NCBI GenBank assembly: GCA_050010755.1 | Contig: JBEKKK010000001.1 | Span: 704,001 to 768,000 of the forward strand | Length of the DNA stretch: 64,000 nucleotides | Source of the DNA: Candidatus Bathyarchaeia archaeon | GTDB taxonomy: Archaea; Thermoproteota; Bathyarchaeia; Bathyarchaeales; Bathycorpusculaceae | Direction: 5' to 3' | In this document: positions 39,449 through 49,894 of the stretch, one piece after another | Position numbering within the stretch: the stretch's first letter is position 1 | How the letters are laid out: each line of letters begins with the position of its first letter | Position numbers and translations under genes: made by a program | The notes under the pieces: generated by a model | The model's database searches: none | What the model was told of the DNA's origin: nothing | Seen by the model: the letters and a program-made list of their open reading frames with translations, nothing else

Positions 39449-41278
39449 ATGGCAGGATGGACTGGAAAATTCTTACGCGTAAATCTAGGCAAAGGCAAGG
39501 CAGTGATAGAAGCGTACGGGTCAAGCATGGCCCGCGACTTTCTGGGCGGTCGAGGATTCGCAGTCAAAATTCTCTGGGATGAACTCAGACGCGGAATCGA
39601 TCCGCTCTCGCCTGAAAACAAACTTGTATTCGCTGCTGGCCCGTTGACAGGTTTTTCCCTGCCAAGTAGCGGCAAACTCGTCGTGGCCTCCAAAAGTCCG
39701 CTAACCGGTGGCTACGGAGACGGAAACATCGGCACCCTTGCCGCCGTGCAGATGCGAAAGGCAGGCTATGACGCGGTTATCATCGAGGGCAGAGCGAAGA
39801 AGCCGATGATCTTGGTTGTTCGAGACGGGTCAACGGAGTTTCTTGAGACAAAAGATTTGTGGGAGTTGAACTCATTTGAAACTCAGAAGAGACTGAGCAG
39901 CCTTTACGGACGTACAGCTGGCATTCTCTGCATCGGCCAGGCTGGAGAGAATCTTGTCAAATACGCGACAATTGTTTCCCAAGAAGGCCGTTCGGGCGGC
40001 CGACCCGGCATGGGAGCCGTTATGGGTTCTAAAGTATTGAAAGCAGTTGTTTTCATAGGCTCATATGATTTGCAGGCAGCCTATCCCAAAGAAATGCAGG
40101 AACTGGGCGCCGAGGCTTACCGAGAAGTGTTGACGAGGCCCAACTATGCTTTCTGGAAGAGGCAGGGCACGATGAGCACGATAGAATGGAGTCAAGAAAA
40201 CGCTGTTCTCCCCACTTGCAACTATAAAGAAGGCGTTTTCGACATGGCAGCTGCCATCGGCGGTTTTGCTATGGAAAAAATCAAGGTTTCAAACCGAGGT
40301 TGTCCACAGTGCAACATGACCTGCGGCAACATCGTGAAGGATTCGGACAGAAAGGAATCAGAGCTTGACTACGAAAACGTTGCGATGCTCGGTTCAAACA
40401 TCGGACTGGGCGACCTGAAACAGGTTGCAGCCCTGAACAGGGTTGCCGACGAGTACGGCTTAGACACTATCTCTCTTGGAAATGTTCTCGGCTTCGCTAT
40501 GGAGGCCTCTGAAAAAGGATTGATTGACCAGAGCGTTCCTTGGGGCGGGTTTAAGACGACCAAGGCGCTGATAAAAGATATCGCCTACAGGAAAGGGCCG
40601 CTGGGCGACGCACTCGCTGAGGGCGTCCGCTCTGCATCGGAAGCTGTGGGCGGAGGCTCAGATCACTGGGCCATGCACGTGAAAGGACTGGAGATTTCAG
40701 CCTACGACTGCCATGCTGCACCAGCCATGGCCTTGGCGTACGGGACCTGTTCCATCGGTGCTCATCACAAAGACGCGTGGGCGATTTCCTGGGAGGTCAA
40801 AGTCGGTCGAGAAGGCTATAACGCTCAGAAGGTGGACAAGGTCATTGAGCTACAGCGCATTCGCGGCGGGGTCTTCGAATGTCTCACCGTCTGTCGGCTT
40901 CCGTGGATTGAGGTAGGATTAGAACTGGAATGGTACACGAGGCTTCTGCGCGCAGCAACAGGCATGGAAATGTCTTGGGATGAACTGAACACTGTTGCAG
41001 ACAGAGTTTTCAACCTGACGCGGGCTTTTTGGATAAGGGAGTACGGTAACAAGTGGGGCAGCCACATGGACGTTCCCCCTGCTCGATGGTTCGAAGATCC
41101 GCTCACTAAGGGTGCATTCAAAGGCAGAACACTCGACAGAACCAAGTACGACAACATGCTGCAAATGTACTATAGAAAGAGAGGCTGGGACGAAAGAGGC
41201 GTGCCTAGAAAATCCACCCTGAAAAGCCTCGGACTGGATAATATTTCAGGCCAGCTCGGGGTGAAACTGACAAAGTAG
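39449..41278 (+). CDS. Tungsten aldehyde:ferredoxin oxidoreductase family protein (paralog 4, FOR-like)
   Basis: KSPLTGGYGDGN, GRPGMGAVMGSK, CPQCNMTC, ELDYEN, DEYGLDTIS, GAHHKDAW. Confidence 0.95.
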   Translation: MAGWTGKFLRVNLGKGKAVIEAYGSSMARDFLGGRGFAVKILWDELRRGIDPLSPENKLVFAAGPLTGFSLPSSGKLVVASKSPLTGGYGDGNIGTLAAVQMRKAGYDAVIIEGRAKKPMILVVRDGSTEFLETKDLWELNSFETQKRLSSLYGRTAGILCIGQAGENLVKYATIVSQEGRSGGRPGMGAVMGSKVLKAVVFIGSYDLQAAYPKEMQELGAEAYREVLTRPNYAFWKRQGTMSTIEWSQENAVLPTCNYKEGVFDMAAAIGGFAMEKIKVSNRGCPQCNMTCGNIVKDSDRKESELDYENVAMLGSNIGLGDLKQVAALNRVADEYGLDTISLGNVLGFAMEASEKGLIDQSVPWGGFKTTKALIKDIAYRKGPLGDALAEGVRSASEAVGGGSDHWAMHVKGLEISAYDCHAAPAMALAYGTCSIGAHHKDAWAISWEVKVGREGYNAQKVDKVIELQRIRGGVFECLTVCRLPWIEVGLELEWYTRLLRAATGMEMSWDELNTVADRVFNLTRAFWIREYGNKWGSHMDVPPARWFEDPLTKGAFKGRTLDRTKYDNMLQMYYRKRGWDERGVPRKSTLKSLGLDNISGQLGVKLTK

Positions 41279-41315
41279 ACGGGCTACAGCTTTCCTAAAA
41301 CGGGCGGAACTCCTC

Positions 41316-42758
41316 TCAGTATGCTCTTGCGAAGTAGACGGCTTCGCTGGCCTTTTCGCCACAGTGGACGCATCTTGAAGATGGATCCCTTTGTTCTGCG
41401 GATATCACTCTGATAGTGGCACCTGTCTCTTCCTTTATTTTCTGCTCACACTTGGAATCGCCGCACCATGAGGCTTTTATGAATCCGCCTTTCTCCTTCA
41501 GAACTTCTTTGAACTCGTCGTAGGTTTTCACGGTGGTGATGCTCTGCTCCAGAAGCTTTTTGGCTTTTTCCAGCAGGGCGTTCTGAATTTCTTCAAGCAA
41601 CTTGGTCACCGTTGTCACGGCCTCTTCTTCTTTTACGGTGGTCTTCTCATGGTTGTCTCGTCTGGCTAATGTCACTTGTTTGTGTTGCAGGTCTCGAGGA
41701 CCTATCTCTATCCTTATCGGCACTCCTTTGAGTTCCCACGCGTTGAATTTCCATCCCGGCGTGTATTCTTGGCGATCGTCCAACACGACTTCCACTCTGT
41801 TCTTCTGCAGATCTCCAAAGAGTTGCTTGGCCTTCGTGAGTATCAGTTCAGCATCAGAGTTTCTGTAGGGGATTGGGACTATTACAACCTGTACGGGCGC
41901 TATCCTTGGAGGCAGTACTAGTCCCTTGTCGTCGCCGTGGACCATCACTGCGGCGCCTATCATTCGGGTGGACATTCCCCAAGATGTCTGCCAAACATAG
42001 CGTTCTTTTTCCTGTTCGTCCAGAAATTTGATGTCGAAGACCTTGGAGAAATGCTGTCCGAGGTTGTGCGAAGTCCCCATTTGCAGTGCTTTACCGTCGG
42101 GCATCATGGCTTCAAGCGCCAGCGTGTAGAGGGCCCCAGCAAATTTCTCTTGTTCTGTTTTCTTTCCAGCGAGTACAGGGATGGCTAGGTAATTCTCCAT
42201 TATGTCCTTGTAGTCCCCTAGAATCTGCATGGCTTCCAAGTCTGCTTCTTCTTGAGTGGCGTGGGCCGTGTGTCCTTCTTGCCAGAGAAACTCTCTCGTA
42301 CGCAGGAACAATCTTGTGGCTTCGGTTTCCCACCTGACGACGCTGCACCACTGGTTCAGTTTGATGGGTAGGTCTCTCCAGCTTCTGACCCATTTTCCAT
42401 ACGTCGCATAGATGATTGTTTCAGAAGTTGGTCGTACGGCAAGCCTCTCTTCGAGCGGAGTGTTACCGCCCATCGTGACCCATGCGACTTCGGGCACGAA
42501 CCCCTCGAAGTGTTCCGCCTCTTTCTTCAAGAAACTTTCAGGTATGAAGAGTGGAAAGTACACGTTCTTGTGCCCTGTTGCTTTTATTTTCTTGTTAAAG
42601 GCTTCTTGGATTTTTTCCCAGATGGCGTAAGAGTGCTCACGGAAAATCATGCACCCTTTGACCGGAGCGTAGTCGGCTAACCCGGATTTTAGAACGACTT
42701 GAACGTACCACTCTGAGAAGTCTTCGGTTTTCTTAACTGTTATTCCCATATCTGACAT
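41316..42758 (-). CDS. proS: Proline--tRNA ligase (archaeal/eukaryal type)
   Basis: FSEWY, RPTSET, FLRTREFLWQEGHT, QTSWG, C-terminal ARAY. Confidence 0.97.
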   Translation of the reverse strand: MSDMGITVKKTEDFSEWYVQVVLKSGLADYAPVKGCMIFREHSYAIWEKIQEAFNKKIKATGHKNVYFPLFIPESFLKKEAEHFEGFVPEVAWVTMGGNTPLEERLAVRPTSETIIYATYGKWVRSWRDLPIKLNQWCSVVRWETEATRLFLRTREFLWQEGHTAHATQEEADLEAMQILGDYKDIMENYLAIPVLAGKKTEQEKFAGALYTLALEAMMPDGKALQMGTSHNLGQHFSKVFDIKFLDEQEKERYVWQTSWGMSTRMIGAAVMVHGDDKGLVLPPRIAPVQVVIVPIPYRNSDAELILTKAKQLFGDLQKNRVEVVLDDRQEYTPGWKFNAWELKGVPIRIEIGPRDLQHKQVTLARRDNHEKTTVKEEEAVTTVTKLLEEIQNALLEKAKKLLEQSITTVKTYDEFKEVLKEKGGFIKASWCGDSKCEQKIKEETGATIRVISAEQRDPSSRCVHCGEKASEAVYFARAY

Positions 42759-42967
42759 TCGAATCTCTTCCTTCGTTTTCTGCTAGTTGAAACAATTTTC
42801 GCAAAACAAATCCTATTCTGGGCCGACGTTGCAAGAATCTAGCTTTGTGGAAGGCAATCGCCCATTTTCAACCACTTTCTAGCAAGTTAGGAAGAGAAAC
42901 TATTAAACATTTTCTTTGCGGGTTCTGTTAACTTGTGGCGCGCGAGGCGTGCCCCCCCCTTTTTCTG

Positions 42968-43086
42968 TGGTAACAACCGTGGTAATGTTGTGTGGTAACA
43001 ATGCATGTTGAAATTCTAAAAGAAAACGCCTCTATGGGGTTTGGGTGTTTTCGTTGGTAACAACCGTGGTAACACTGCTTGGTACC
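42968..43086. repeat. Two clusters of three TGGTA(A/C)Y direct repeats
   Basis: Copies at 42968, 42980, 42993 and 43055, 43067, 43080; TGGTAACAACCGTGGTAA duplicated exactly. Confidence 0.8.
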
Positions 43087-43215
43087 GAGTGGAGCGCTGA
43101 GTCTTGCCAAGCCCTGTTATTTGGGAACATGTATGCGCGCTGGATGCGCAAGTGTTTTAACCGTTGCTGTCCAAGATTTAGTGCGTTCTGATTTGAGATA
43201 AGGTGGGGATCAGGT

Positions 43216-44457
43216 TTGGGGGTTGTTTTGGTTATCGCAGATGGGATGGCTGACAGGCCTATTAATGAACTGGGATGGAAAACTCCCTTGGAAGCAGCAT
43301 GTAGGCCCACGTTGAATCGGCTGGCTGAATCGGGCGTGAGTGGTATACTGGATCCTATAGCTCCTGGCATACCGCCGGGAACGGATACTGCTACTTTGGC
43401 GTTGCTTGGGTATGACTCTTTGCGAGTTTACACAGGCAGGGGTGCCTTAGAAGCTGTAGGTTCAGGTGTAGAGGTTCTGCCTGGGGATGTGGCGTTCAGG
43501 TGCAATTTTGCAACGGTGGACAAGAACCTTGTCGTTCTGGATAGAAGGGCGGGCAGAATCGCGAATGAGGATGCCGCCAAATTGGCTGAGAGTTTGCAGA
43601 GGGTCAAGCTTAAGAATTCTCTTAATGTTGAGTTCTTTTTCAAAAACACTGTTCAACACCGTACGGCTCTGGTCATCCGCGGACACAGCCTATCAACGGC
43701 CATAAGCGACTCAGACCCGGAAGTAGCTGGGAAGCCTGTTTTGGAAGTGAAGCCTATGGTCGATCTTCAAGAAGCCAGGCGCACGGCCAGAATCGTCAAC
43801 GAGTTGACACGAGAGTTTCACAAGGTTTTGGAGAAACACCCGGTTAACAAGAAACGTGCAGAACGCAAGCAACCGGTGGCAAACATGATCCTGTGCAGAG
43901 GGGCGGGCACGATTCCCAAGATAAGCCCTCTTTCCGAAGTCTTCGGAATCAAGTCTGCATGCGTTGCTGCTGTCCCCCTGATAAGGGGTATCTGCAAGGT
44001 TGCTGGCATGAAGATCATCAACGTCAAAGGCGCTACAGGCACGGTTCAAACAGACTATATGGCCAAAGCCAGAGCCGCGGTCGAAGCGCTGAAAACCAAT
44101 GATTTTGTGCTCGTACACGTGAAGGCCACTGATGTTGCTAGCCACGATGGAAATTTCAAGCTGAAGATTGAAGTCGTGCAGAAGATTGACGAGATGCTCC
44201 GCTTCATGCTTGACAACTCAAACTTGGATTCGACATTCATGGCCGTCACTGCTGATCACTCGACTTCATGCCTAACCGGGAACCATGTTGGAGATCCCGT
44301 TCCCGTAGTGATTAGCGGACCGTGCGTTCGCAGGGACGGTGTTGTCGAGTTTGGAGAAAGATCATGCGCCGAAGGCGGCTTGAACAGGATAAGAGGCGTG
44401 GATCTGATGCACATCCTGATGGACTTGATGGGTAAAACAAGAAAGTTTGGAGCCTGA
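43216..44457 (+). CDS. apgM: 2,3-bisphosphoglycerate-independent phosphoglycerate mutase (archaeal)
   Basis: DGMADRP..KTPLE, PGTD, YTGRG.LEA, DRRAGRI, HVK.TD..HDG, TADHST. Confidence 0.93.
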   Translation: MGVVLVIADGMADRPINELGWKTPLEAACRPTLNRLAESGVSGILDPIAPGIPPGTDTATLALLGYDSLRVYTGRGALEAVGSGVEVLPGDVAFRCNFATVDKNLVVLDRRAGRIANEDAAKLAESLQRVKLKNSLNVEFFFKNTVQHRTALVIRGHSLSTAISDSDPEVAGKPVLEVKPMVDLQEARRTARIVNELTREFHKVLEKHPVNKKRAERKQPVANMILCRGAGTIPKISPLSEVFGIKSACVAAVPLIRGICKVAGMKIINVKGATGTVQTDYMAKARAAVEALKTNDFVLVHVKATDVASHDGNFKLKIEVVQKIDEMLRFMLDNSNLDSTFMAVTADHSTSCLTGNHVGDPVPVVISGPCVRRDGVVEFGERSCAEGGLNRIRGVDLMHILMDLMGKTRKFGA

Positions 44458-44460
44458 GCC

Positions 44461-45585
44461 TTACCGGACGGGCATCAGCTGCCATTCTCTGTAATCTGTC
44501 ATCACTCTAATGTAACCCTTCAACATCTCATCCACTTCAGCGTCGCCGGTGTCGACCCTCAAGATTTTTCCGTCAATACTCTGAAGTTTGCTCTTAGTTG
44601 CCAAAACTATTACCCGCTCTTTTCCGACACGCCTTATAATTTCTGGGCTTATTTGCTGATTTCCCCTTCCAAAGATTATTCCTTGATGCCCTATTGGCGA
44701 GACCACAATCCACGTGTTTTGCCAGCTGCCAACTTGCCTCACGATTTCTTCTTCATCCACGTCGAGAATCACGTTGCCATCCTTGTAGAGGTCCACCCCG
44801 AGAAGTGTTTTTCCGACGCCGAGCAATTCGGCGACGCTTTTCACGGTTGTTCCTGGACCAAGAATCCACGTTGCTCCTGATTGCTTCTCCTCCATTAGAA
44901 ACTTCGCAATTGCTGTTTGATTTTCTTTTTCGTCCGTCGTTTCTGGGCTTATCTGCTTGCTTCCTTGTATTTGAGCGGGCAGAAAAGGCCCCTTCATGTA
45001 ACCACGAAGCTTGACAGCGAAGGAGTCATTTCGCACACTTTTTTCGTCTGCGTCCATGATTTCAAATTCTGCTATTTCCGTCTCTTTTTTCGCGAAGGCC
45101 GATACGATATCTGAGGCGTCTGCTGGACTCACCGCAAAAATACCGCTGTACATCTTCACACCTGCTGGAACGCCTAAAACTGGCAGCTCTCCGTAGACTT
45201 GCTGTGCATCGAGAATGTCCTCGGCCGTACCGTCTCCTCCAACAAAAACCATCAAATCTACTCTTGCATCTATTAACAGCTTAACAGCCAGCTTCGTATC
45301 TTCAGCGGACGTTTTACTACCAATCTTCATGGGCAACGTCTTAGCTGGAAAACCTGCCGCTTCCGTCTCTTCTTTTCCCATGATCCCAGGGCAGGTGAGA
45401 ATATCAATCTTGACTTCTGTCAAATTCACCTCAAGTTTCTTCAGAAATTCTTTCGCTCTTGCGGGCGCCACACTGTGTGCTCCTTTATTCAGAGCTTCCT
45501 GTAGAACGTTGTCAGTTCCCTTAAGACCAACCTTGCCACCCATCCCTGCGATCGGGTTCACGATCAAGCCCAGCTTCATCGTCAA
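44461..45585 (-). CDS. ATP-NAD kinase-like (AcoX-family) protein
   Basis: VNPIAGMGG.VGLKGTD, GGDGT, PAGVKMYS, GRGNQQIS. Confidence 0.88.
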   Translation of the reverse strand: MTMKLGLIVNPIAGMGGKVGLKGTDNVLQEALNKGAHSVAPARAKEFLKKLEVNLTEVKIDILTCPGIMGKEETEAAGFPAKTLPMKIGSKTSAEDTKLAVKLLIDARVDLMVFVGGDGTAEDILDAQQVYGELPVLGVPAGVKMYSGIFAVSPADASDIVSAFAKKETEIAEFEIMDADEKSVRNDSFAVKLRGYMKGPFLPAQIQGSKQISPETTDEKENQTAIAKFLMEEKQSGATWILGPGTTVKSVAELLGVGKTLLGVDLYKDGNVILDVDEEEIVRQVGSWQNTWIVVSPIGHQGIIFGRGNQQISPEIIRRVGKERVIVLATKSKLQSIDGKILRVDTGDAEVDEMLKGYIRVMTDYREWQLMPVR

Positions 45586-45784
45586 TCACCCATGAAATTT
45601 GCTTCCCACACTATAAACCATTATCACAGAATCCAACATGATCTTGAAACGTTAACAACAACTTCTCCAAGGTTTGGAATAACGGTACGACTAGTAAATG
45701 GGTGATACGAAAGAATCTTTTGATTTGAAAATTCTTATAAGCCGAAATTCTAAACGCTTGAAGAGGAGAATAGGGGGTCATGAA

Positions 45785-46762
45785 ATGCCGATCAAGAAGA
45801 TGAAGAGTATTCTGGTTACTGGCGCTACCGGTCAGATTGGTTCAGAGTTAACATTAGAGTTGCGGAAAAAATACGGCAGCGGCAACGTTGTTGCCGTGGG
45901 ACACGTTAAGAAGCCCAGCGACAAGCTGTTCAAGTCAGGCCCGTTTGAAACCGTTGACCTGAATGAAAAAGCTGAGATAGAAAAGACCGTGAAAAGGTAT
46001 GATGTTGACACGATATACCATCTGGCTGCGATCCTTTCGGCTACTGGTGAGCAGAACCCGCAGCTTGCTTGGAACGTGAACATGGGAAGTCTTTCCAATG
46101 TGCTCGAGGTCGCCAGAGAGCAAGGATTGACAAGGGTTTTTTGGCCGAGTTCCATCGCGGTTTTCAGTCCGCCAGCCCCTCGAATTAACGCTCCTCAGGA
46201 AACCATATTGATTCCTGGAACAATGTACGGGGTCACTAAAGTTGCTGGCGAGCTTCTGTGCAATTACTATTTCAACCGCTTCTGTTTAGACGTTCGAAGC
46301 GTCAGGTACCCAGGCATCATAAGCAGCGAAGTCCTTCCAGGAGGCGGAACCACGGATTATGCCGTAGCGATTTTCTACGAGGCACTAAAAAACAAGCACT
46401 ACACGTGCTTCGTGAGAGAGGACACGGTTCTGCCGATGATGTACATGCCGGACTGCATAAGGGCCACAATTGAGTTGATGGAGGCTGACCCGTCCGGGAT
46501 CAAACGTCACGACGGCTACAACGTGGCGGGAACCAGTTTTTCTGCAGGCGAGCTTGCTGCCGAAATCAAGAAGTACATTTCAGAATTCAGGTGCGACTAC
46601 AAGCCTGACTTCAGACAGAAAATAGCGGATTCGTGGCCGATGTCAATCGACGACAGCGTGGCTCGCAAAGAATGGGGCTGGAAACCCCGGTACGATTTGG
46701 CGGCGATGACGAAGGACATGATAGAGAAACTATCAAGGCGCTATTCTGAGGGTAAGCTGTGA
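45785..46762 (+). CDS. tdh: L-threonine 3-dehydrogenase (extended SDR type)
   Basis: TGATGQIG, HLAAILSA.GE, PSSIA, YGVTK, PGGGTTDY, IADSWP; adjacent to kbl. Confidence 0.88.
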   Translation: MPIKKMKSILVTGATGQIGSELTLELRKKYGSGNVVAVGHVKKPSDKLFKSGPFETVDLNEKAEIEKTVKRYDVDTIYHLAAILSATGEQNPQLAWNVNMGSLSNVLEVAREQGLTRVFWPSSIAVFSPPAPRINAPQETILIPGTMYGVTKVAGELLCNYYFNRFCLDVRSVRYPGIISSEVLPGGGTTDYAVAIFYEALKNKHYTCFVREDTVLPMMYMPDCIRATIELMEADPSGIKRHDGYNVAGTSFSAGELAAEIKKYISEFRCDYKPDFRQKIADSWPMSIDDSVARKEWGWKPRYDLAAMTKDMIEKLSRRYSEGKL

Positions 46763-46823
46763 GAAAGAACTGGTTCAGCCAGAAAGGGTTAAGAGAAGGA
46801 GTGCCCGACTAGGAAAAAGAGGC

Positions 46824-48026
46824 ATGATGAAAATGCGTGATCCCACGGGGTTTTTGCGAGAAGAGTATCAGGATCTTGTCAAGAACGCGCTCGATTGGAA
46901 GATAAGGGTTCTTGAGGGCCCAAGTTCACCATGGTGCATGGTTGACGGAAAAAAAGTTCTGATGTTTTGCTCCAACAACTATCTCGGTCTGAGCAATCAC
47001 CCTCGGCTGAAGGAAGCCGCGACGAAAGCAATTCAGACTCATGGTGCCGGCTCAGGTTCCGTTCGCCCCATAGCGGGAACGATGGATATTCACATTGAGC
47101 TTGAGAAGCGGCTTGCGAAATTCAAGCACGCAGAAGCTTCATTGGTCTATCAGACTGGTTTTGCCGCTAACGCGGGCCTGATTCCTCAGTTGGTCGGAAA
47201 AGAGGATTTGATAATAAGTGATGAGCTCAACCACGGCAGCATAATCGATGGTGTCCGACTGGCCCACGGTGAAAGAGCAGTTTACAAGCATTCTAACATG
47301 CAGGATCTGCAACGCGTCTTGGAAGAAGCAGAAAAACATTCGCCGCCTTACAGGCGAATCCTGATTATAACGGACGGTGTCTTCTCTATGGACGGCGACA
47401 TTGCACCTCTAGACGAAATAGCCAAACTCGGCGCGGAACACGGCGTAATGGTGTATGTTGATGACGCTCACGGTGAGGGTGTCCTCGGCGAAGGTGGCAG
47501 GGGCATCGTTTCGCATTTCAAGCTCGGCCGAGACAGGGTTCAAGTGGAGATGGGCACGTTCTCGAAGGCTTTCGGCGTCGTCGGCGGACACGTTTCAGGC
47601 TCCAAAGATCTTTATAGCTTTGCCTATAACAAATCTCGAACTTGGCTGCTCAGCGGATCGCATCCTCCGCCAGTGGCTGCGGCGTGCATCGCCGCAATTG
47701 ACGTTCTGGAGAGCGAACCGCAACACGTGAAGACGTTGTGGGATCACACCAGATATTTCAAGAAGGCAATGAAAGACCTAGGGTTTGACACTGGAAACAG
47801 TCAAACTCCTATCACACCCATAATAGTCGGTGAGAGCGGCGTGGCGAAGAAGTTTAGTTCACGGCTCTTCGAGGAAAGCGTGTTTGCGTTGTCGATAGTG
47901 TTTCCAATGGTTGCGAGAGACAAGGCGAGGATAAGGACTATCATGAACGCTGCTTTGACGCGGAAAGACGTGGACGTCGCCATTGGGGCCTTCGAAAAGA
48001 TTGGAAAGGAGCTTCACATAATCTAG
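46824..48026 (+). CDS. kbl: Glycine C-acetyltransferase (AONS family)
   Basis: SNNYLGL, SDELNHGSIIDG, TDGVFSMDGD, DDAHG, GTFSKA; downstream of tdh. Confidence 0.88.
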   Translation: MMKMRDPTGFLREEYQDLVKNALDWKIRVLEGPSSPWCMVDGKKVLMFCSNNYLGLSNHPRLKEAATKAIQTHGAGSGSVRPIAGTMDIHIELEKRLAKFKHAEASLVYQTGFAANAGLIPQLVGKEDLIISDELNHGSIIDGVRLAHGERAVYKHSNMQDLQRVLEEAEKHSPPYRRILIITDGVFSMDGDIAPLDEIAKLGAEHGVMVYVDDAHGEGVLGEGGRGIVSHFKLGRDRVQVEMGTFSKAFGVVGGHVSGSKDLYSFAYNKSRTWLLSGSHPPPVAAACIAAIDVLESEPQHVKTLWDHTRYFKKAMKDLGFDTGNSQTPITPIIVGESGVAKKFSSRLFEESVFALSIVFPMVARDKARIRTIMNAALTRKDVDVAIGAFEKIGKELHII

Positions 48027-49894
48027 TCGCAGCTTATTCTTTCCAAGGCTTTTTCAACGTCTCCGAGTCCGAGTTTTCTCAGGATTTTCGCTGTTGGTAT
48101 GCCGTTCTTGTCCCAGCCAACCGCCTTGTAATACCTGTGTTTGTACTCTTCAACCTCGACCTTGTCTGCAGCCTTGCCTTTGTAGGGTCCGCTGGGCAGC
48201 GGTTTGTAGAATTTTTCGGGATTGTCATCGTGGATTTTCGGGTTCCATTTCACGTCTGGACCTCCCAACAGTAGCATCGTCCTCTGAAGTTGCAATATCC
48301 TCAGGGCTTTAGTGAAGCACCATTCTCTCCGGGTGAGGCTCACTCCTGTGACAGCCTTGTAGAAGTCGAACTTGAGGTTCCGCGACCCACCGAAACCGTT
48401 GAAGGCGCAATAGACTCCTGAATCGTTGAATATCTGCATTGTTTCTCCGCCCCCGTCGAGTGGGAGGCTTGCCAGAGACGTGTGATCTCCGCATTGCACT
48501 GAGCAAGCGTAGGAAATGATATCGGCAAAGTCTTGACCACTACGGATGCCGTGGGCGCCTATGCTTATACCCTTGGATTGCACCGCATAGGGCAGCAGAT
48601 CCATCTTCTTTTGCTTTCCGATCTTCAACGCCGCACGATACGTCCCCTCAGCTAACGTTTCTCCAATGTTTTCTCTATAGGCAATTCTCTCGGCTAGGGT
48701 TGCGAAAGCTTCGGTATCTCCCCATTTGAGTTCCAAGCCGTCCAAATCTTTCTTGGTCAATATTCCTTCTTGAAAGAGCTCTGCAGCAAAGCCCATGACA
48801 TTGCCCGTCTGTATGCCGCACATGCCTAGATCATCAAGCAGAGATGCGAGAAACACGTTTTCTTCGGGCACGAATATTCCTAGGTTTGGACCTAAGTACG
48901 CCTGCATTTCATAATCAGGATTGTCGGTTATAGCACCCTTGAATTTTCCATTCTTCACGACTGCAAGTTTCAGACAAGTGGTTGGACATCCGAAATCGCC
49001 CCAGTACGGTTTCACCCAGAGCCTGTTCTCAAACTTGTCAACCCCATACCCCTTCTCGTCGTGCCATTCCTCCTGCCAGTTGCGTATGGGTTCCGAGCTG
49101 GTTTTGTTTCCGAAATTGTACCCTCCCCCTCCGGTTCCCCAGCGCCTCCACAGCTCCCCTTCGAAGACGCCGCTGCACACTGCGTCCATGAGCCTTTTCA
49201 CTTTTTTGATGTCCGACACTTCAGGCAAGGGTCCAGTGCCCTTCGCAACCACTGCCTTGAGTTTTTTCGAACCCATGACAGCGCCGTAGCCGCCGTAGCC
49301 TGCAGCGTGTGCCCATTTAGTGCAGACAATCGCTGTGCGCACCTTGTTTTCTCCCGCAGGGCCCACGTACAGCATTGCAGGTTCCTTCCATTCTCCATAC
49401 TTGGGATAACGCGTCTTCAGAAGCCCCCTGCACTCTCTGGTAAGCGCTGAAACAGTTTGCTTTCCGTCTTTGCCCCAGGCATCACTTGCGCTTCTCAATT
49501 CAACGTCGGAGTCCTTGAGAAACAGGTATACTGGCTTCTCCGATTCGCCGGACACTATTATTCCGTCGTACCCTGCGCATCTTAATTCAACACCAAATTC
49601 TCCGGAAAGGGTGGAACCTACAACACCGTTGCTTTGAGGAGACTTGCCTGACACGCACGTTCTCGCTCCTGGATAGAACCCTGTGAGAGGCCCAGTCATG
49701 AGGAGGAGCAGGTTTTCTGGTCCCAGTGGATCTACCATTTCCCATTTGGATCCCAACCGGTCCCAGAGGATCTTTGTTGCCAGTCCTCTGCCTCCAATGT
49801 AATCATTCAGAATTTTATCGCTGAACTTTGTCTCCTTAATGGCCTGCGTCGAAAGGTCGACGTCTAAGAACTTGCCTGCATACCCAAGAGTCAC
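48023..49894 (-). CDS. Tungsten aldehyde:ferredoxin oxidoreductase family protein (paralog 5)
   Basis: IGGRGL, KSPQS, GAVMGSKKLKA, DFGCPTTC, PDYE, GDH. Confidence 0.92.
   Translation of the reverse strand: MTLGYAGKFLDVDLSTQAIKETKFSDKILNDYIGGRGLATKILWDRLGSKWEMVDPLGPENLLLLMTGPLTGFYPGARTCVSGKSPQSNGVVGSTLSGEFGVELRCAGYDGIIVSGESEKPVYLFLKDSDVELRSASDAWGKDGKQTVSALTRECRGLLKTRYPKYGEWKEPAMLYVGPAGENKVRTAIVCTKWAHAAGYGGYGAVMGSKKLKAVVAKGTGPLPEVSDIKKVKRLMDAVCSGVFEGELWRRWGTGGGGYNFGNKTSSEPIRNWQEEWHDEKGYGVDKFENRLWVKPYWGDFGCPTTCLKLAVVKNGKFKGAITDNPDYEMQAYLGPNLGIFVPEENVFLASLLDDLGMCGIQTGNVMGFAAELFQEGILTKKDLDGLELKWGDTEAFATLAERIAYRENIGETLAEGTYRAALKIGKQKKMDLLPYAVQSKGISIGAHGIRSGQDFADIISYACSVQCGDHTSLASLPLDGGGETMQIFNDSGVYCAFNGFGGSRNLKFDFYKAVTGVSLTRREWCFTKALRILQLQRTMLLLGGPDVKWNPKIHDDNPEKFYKPLPSGPYKGKAADKVEVEEYKHRYYKAVGWDKNGIPTAKILRKLGLGDVEKALERISCD

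Noticed and set aside
42968-43086. Possible CRISPR mini-array
   Set aside because: Repeat units are 7-18 bp with 5-6 bp gaps; there are no 30-40 bp unique spacers and no cas genes.
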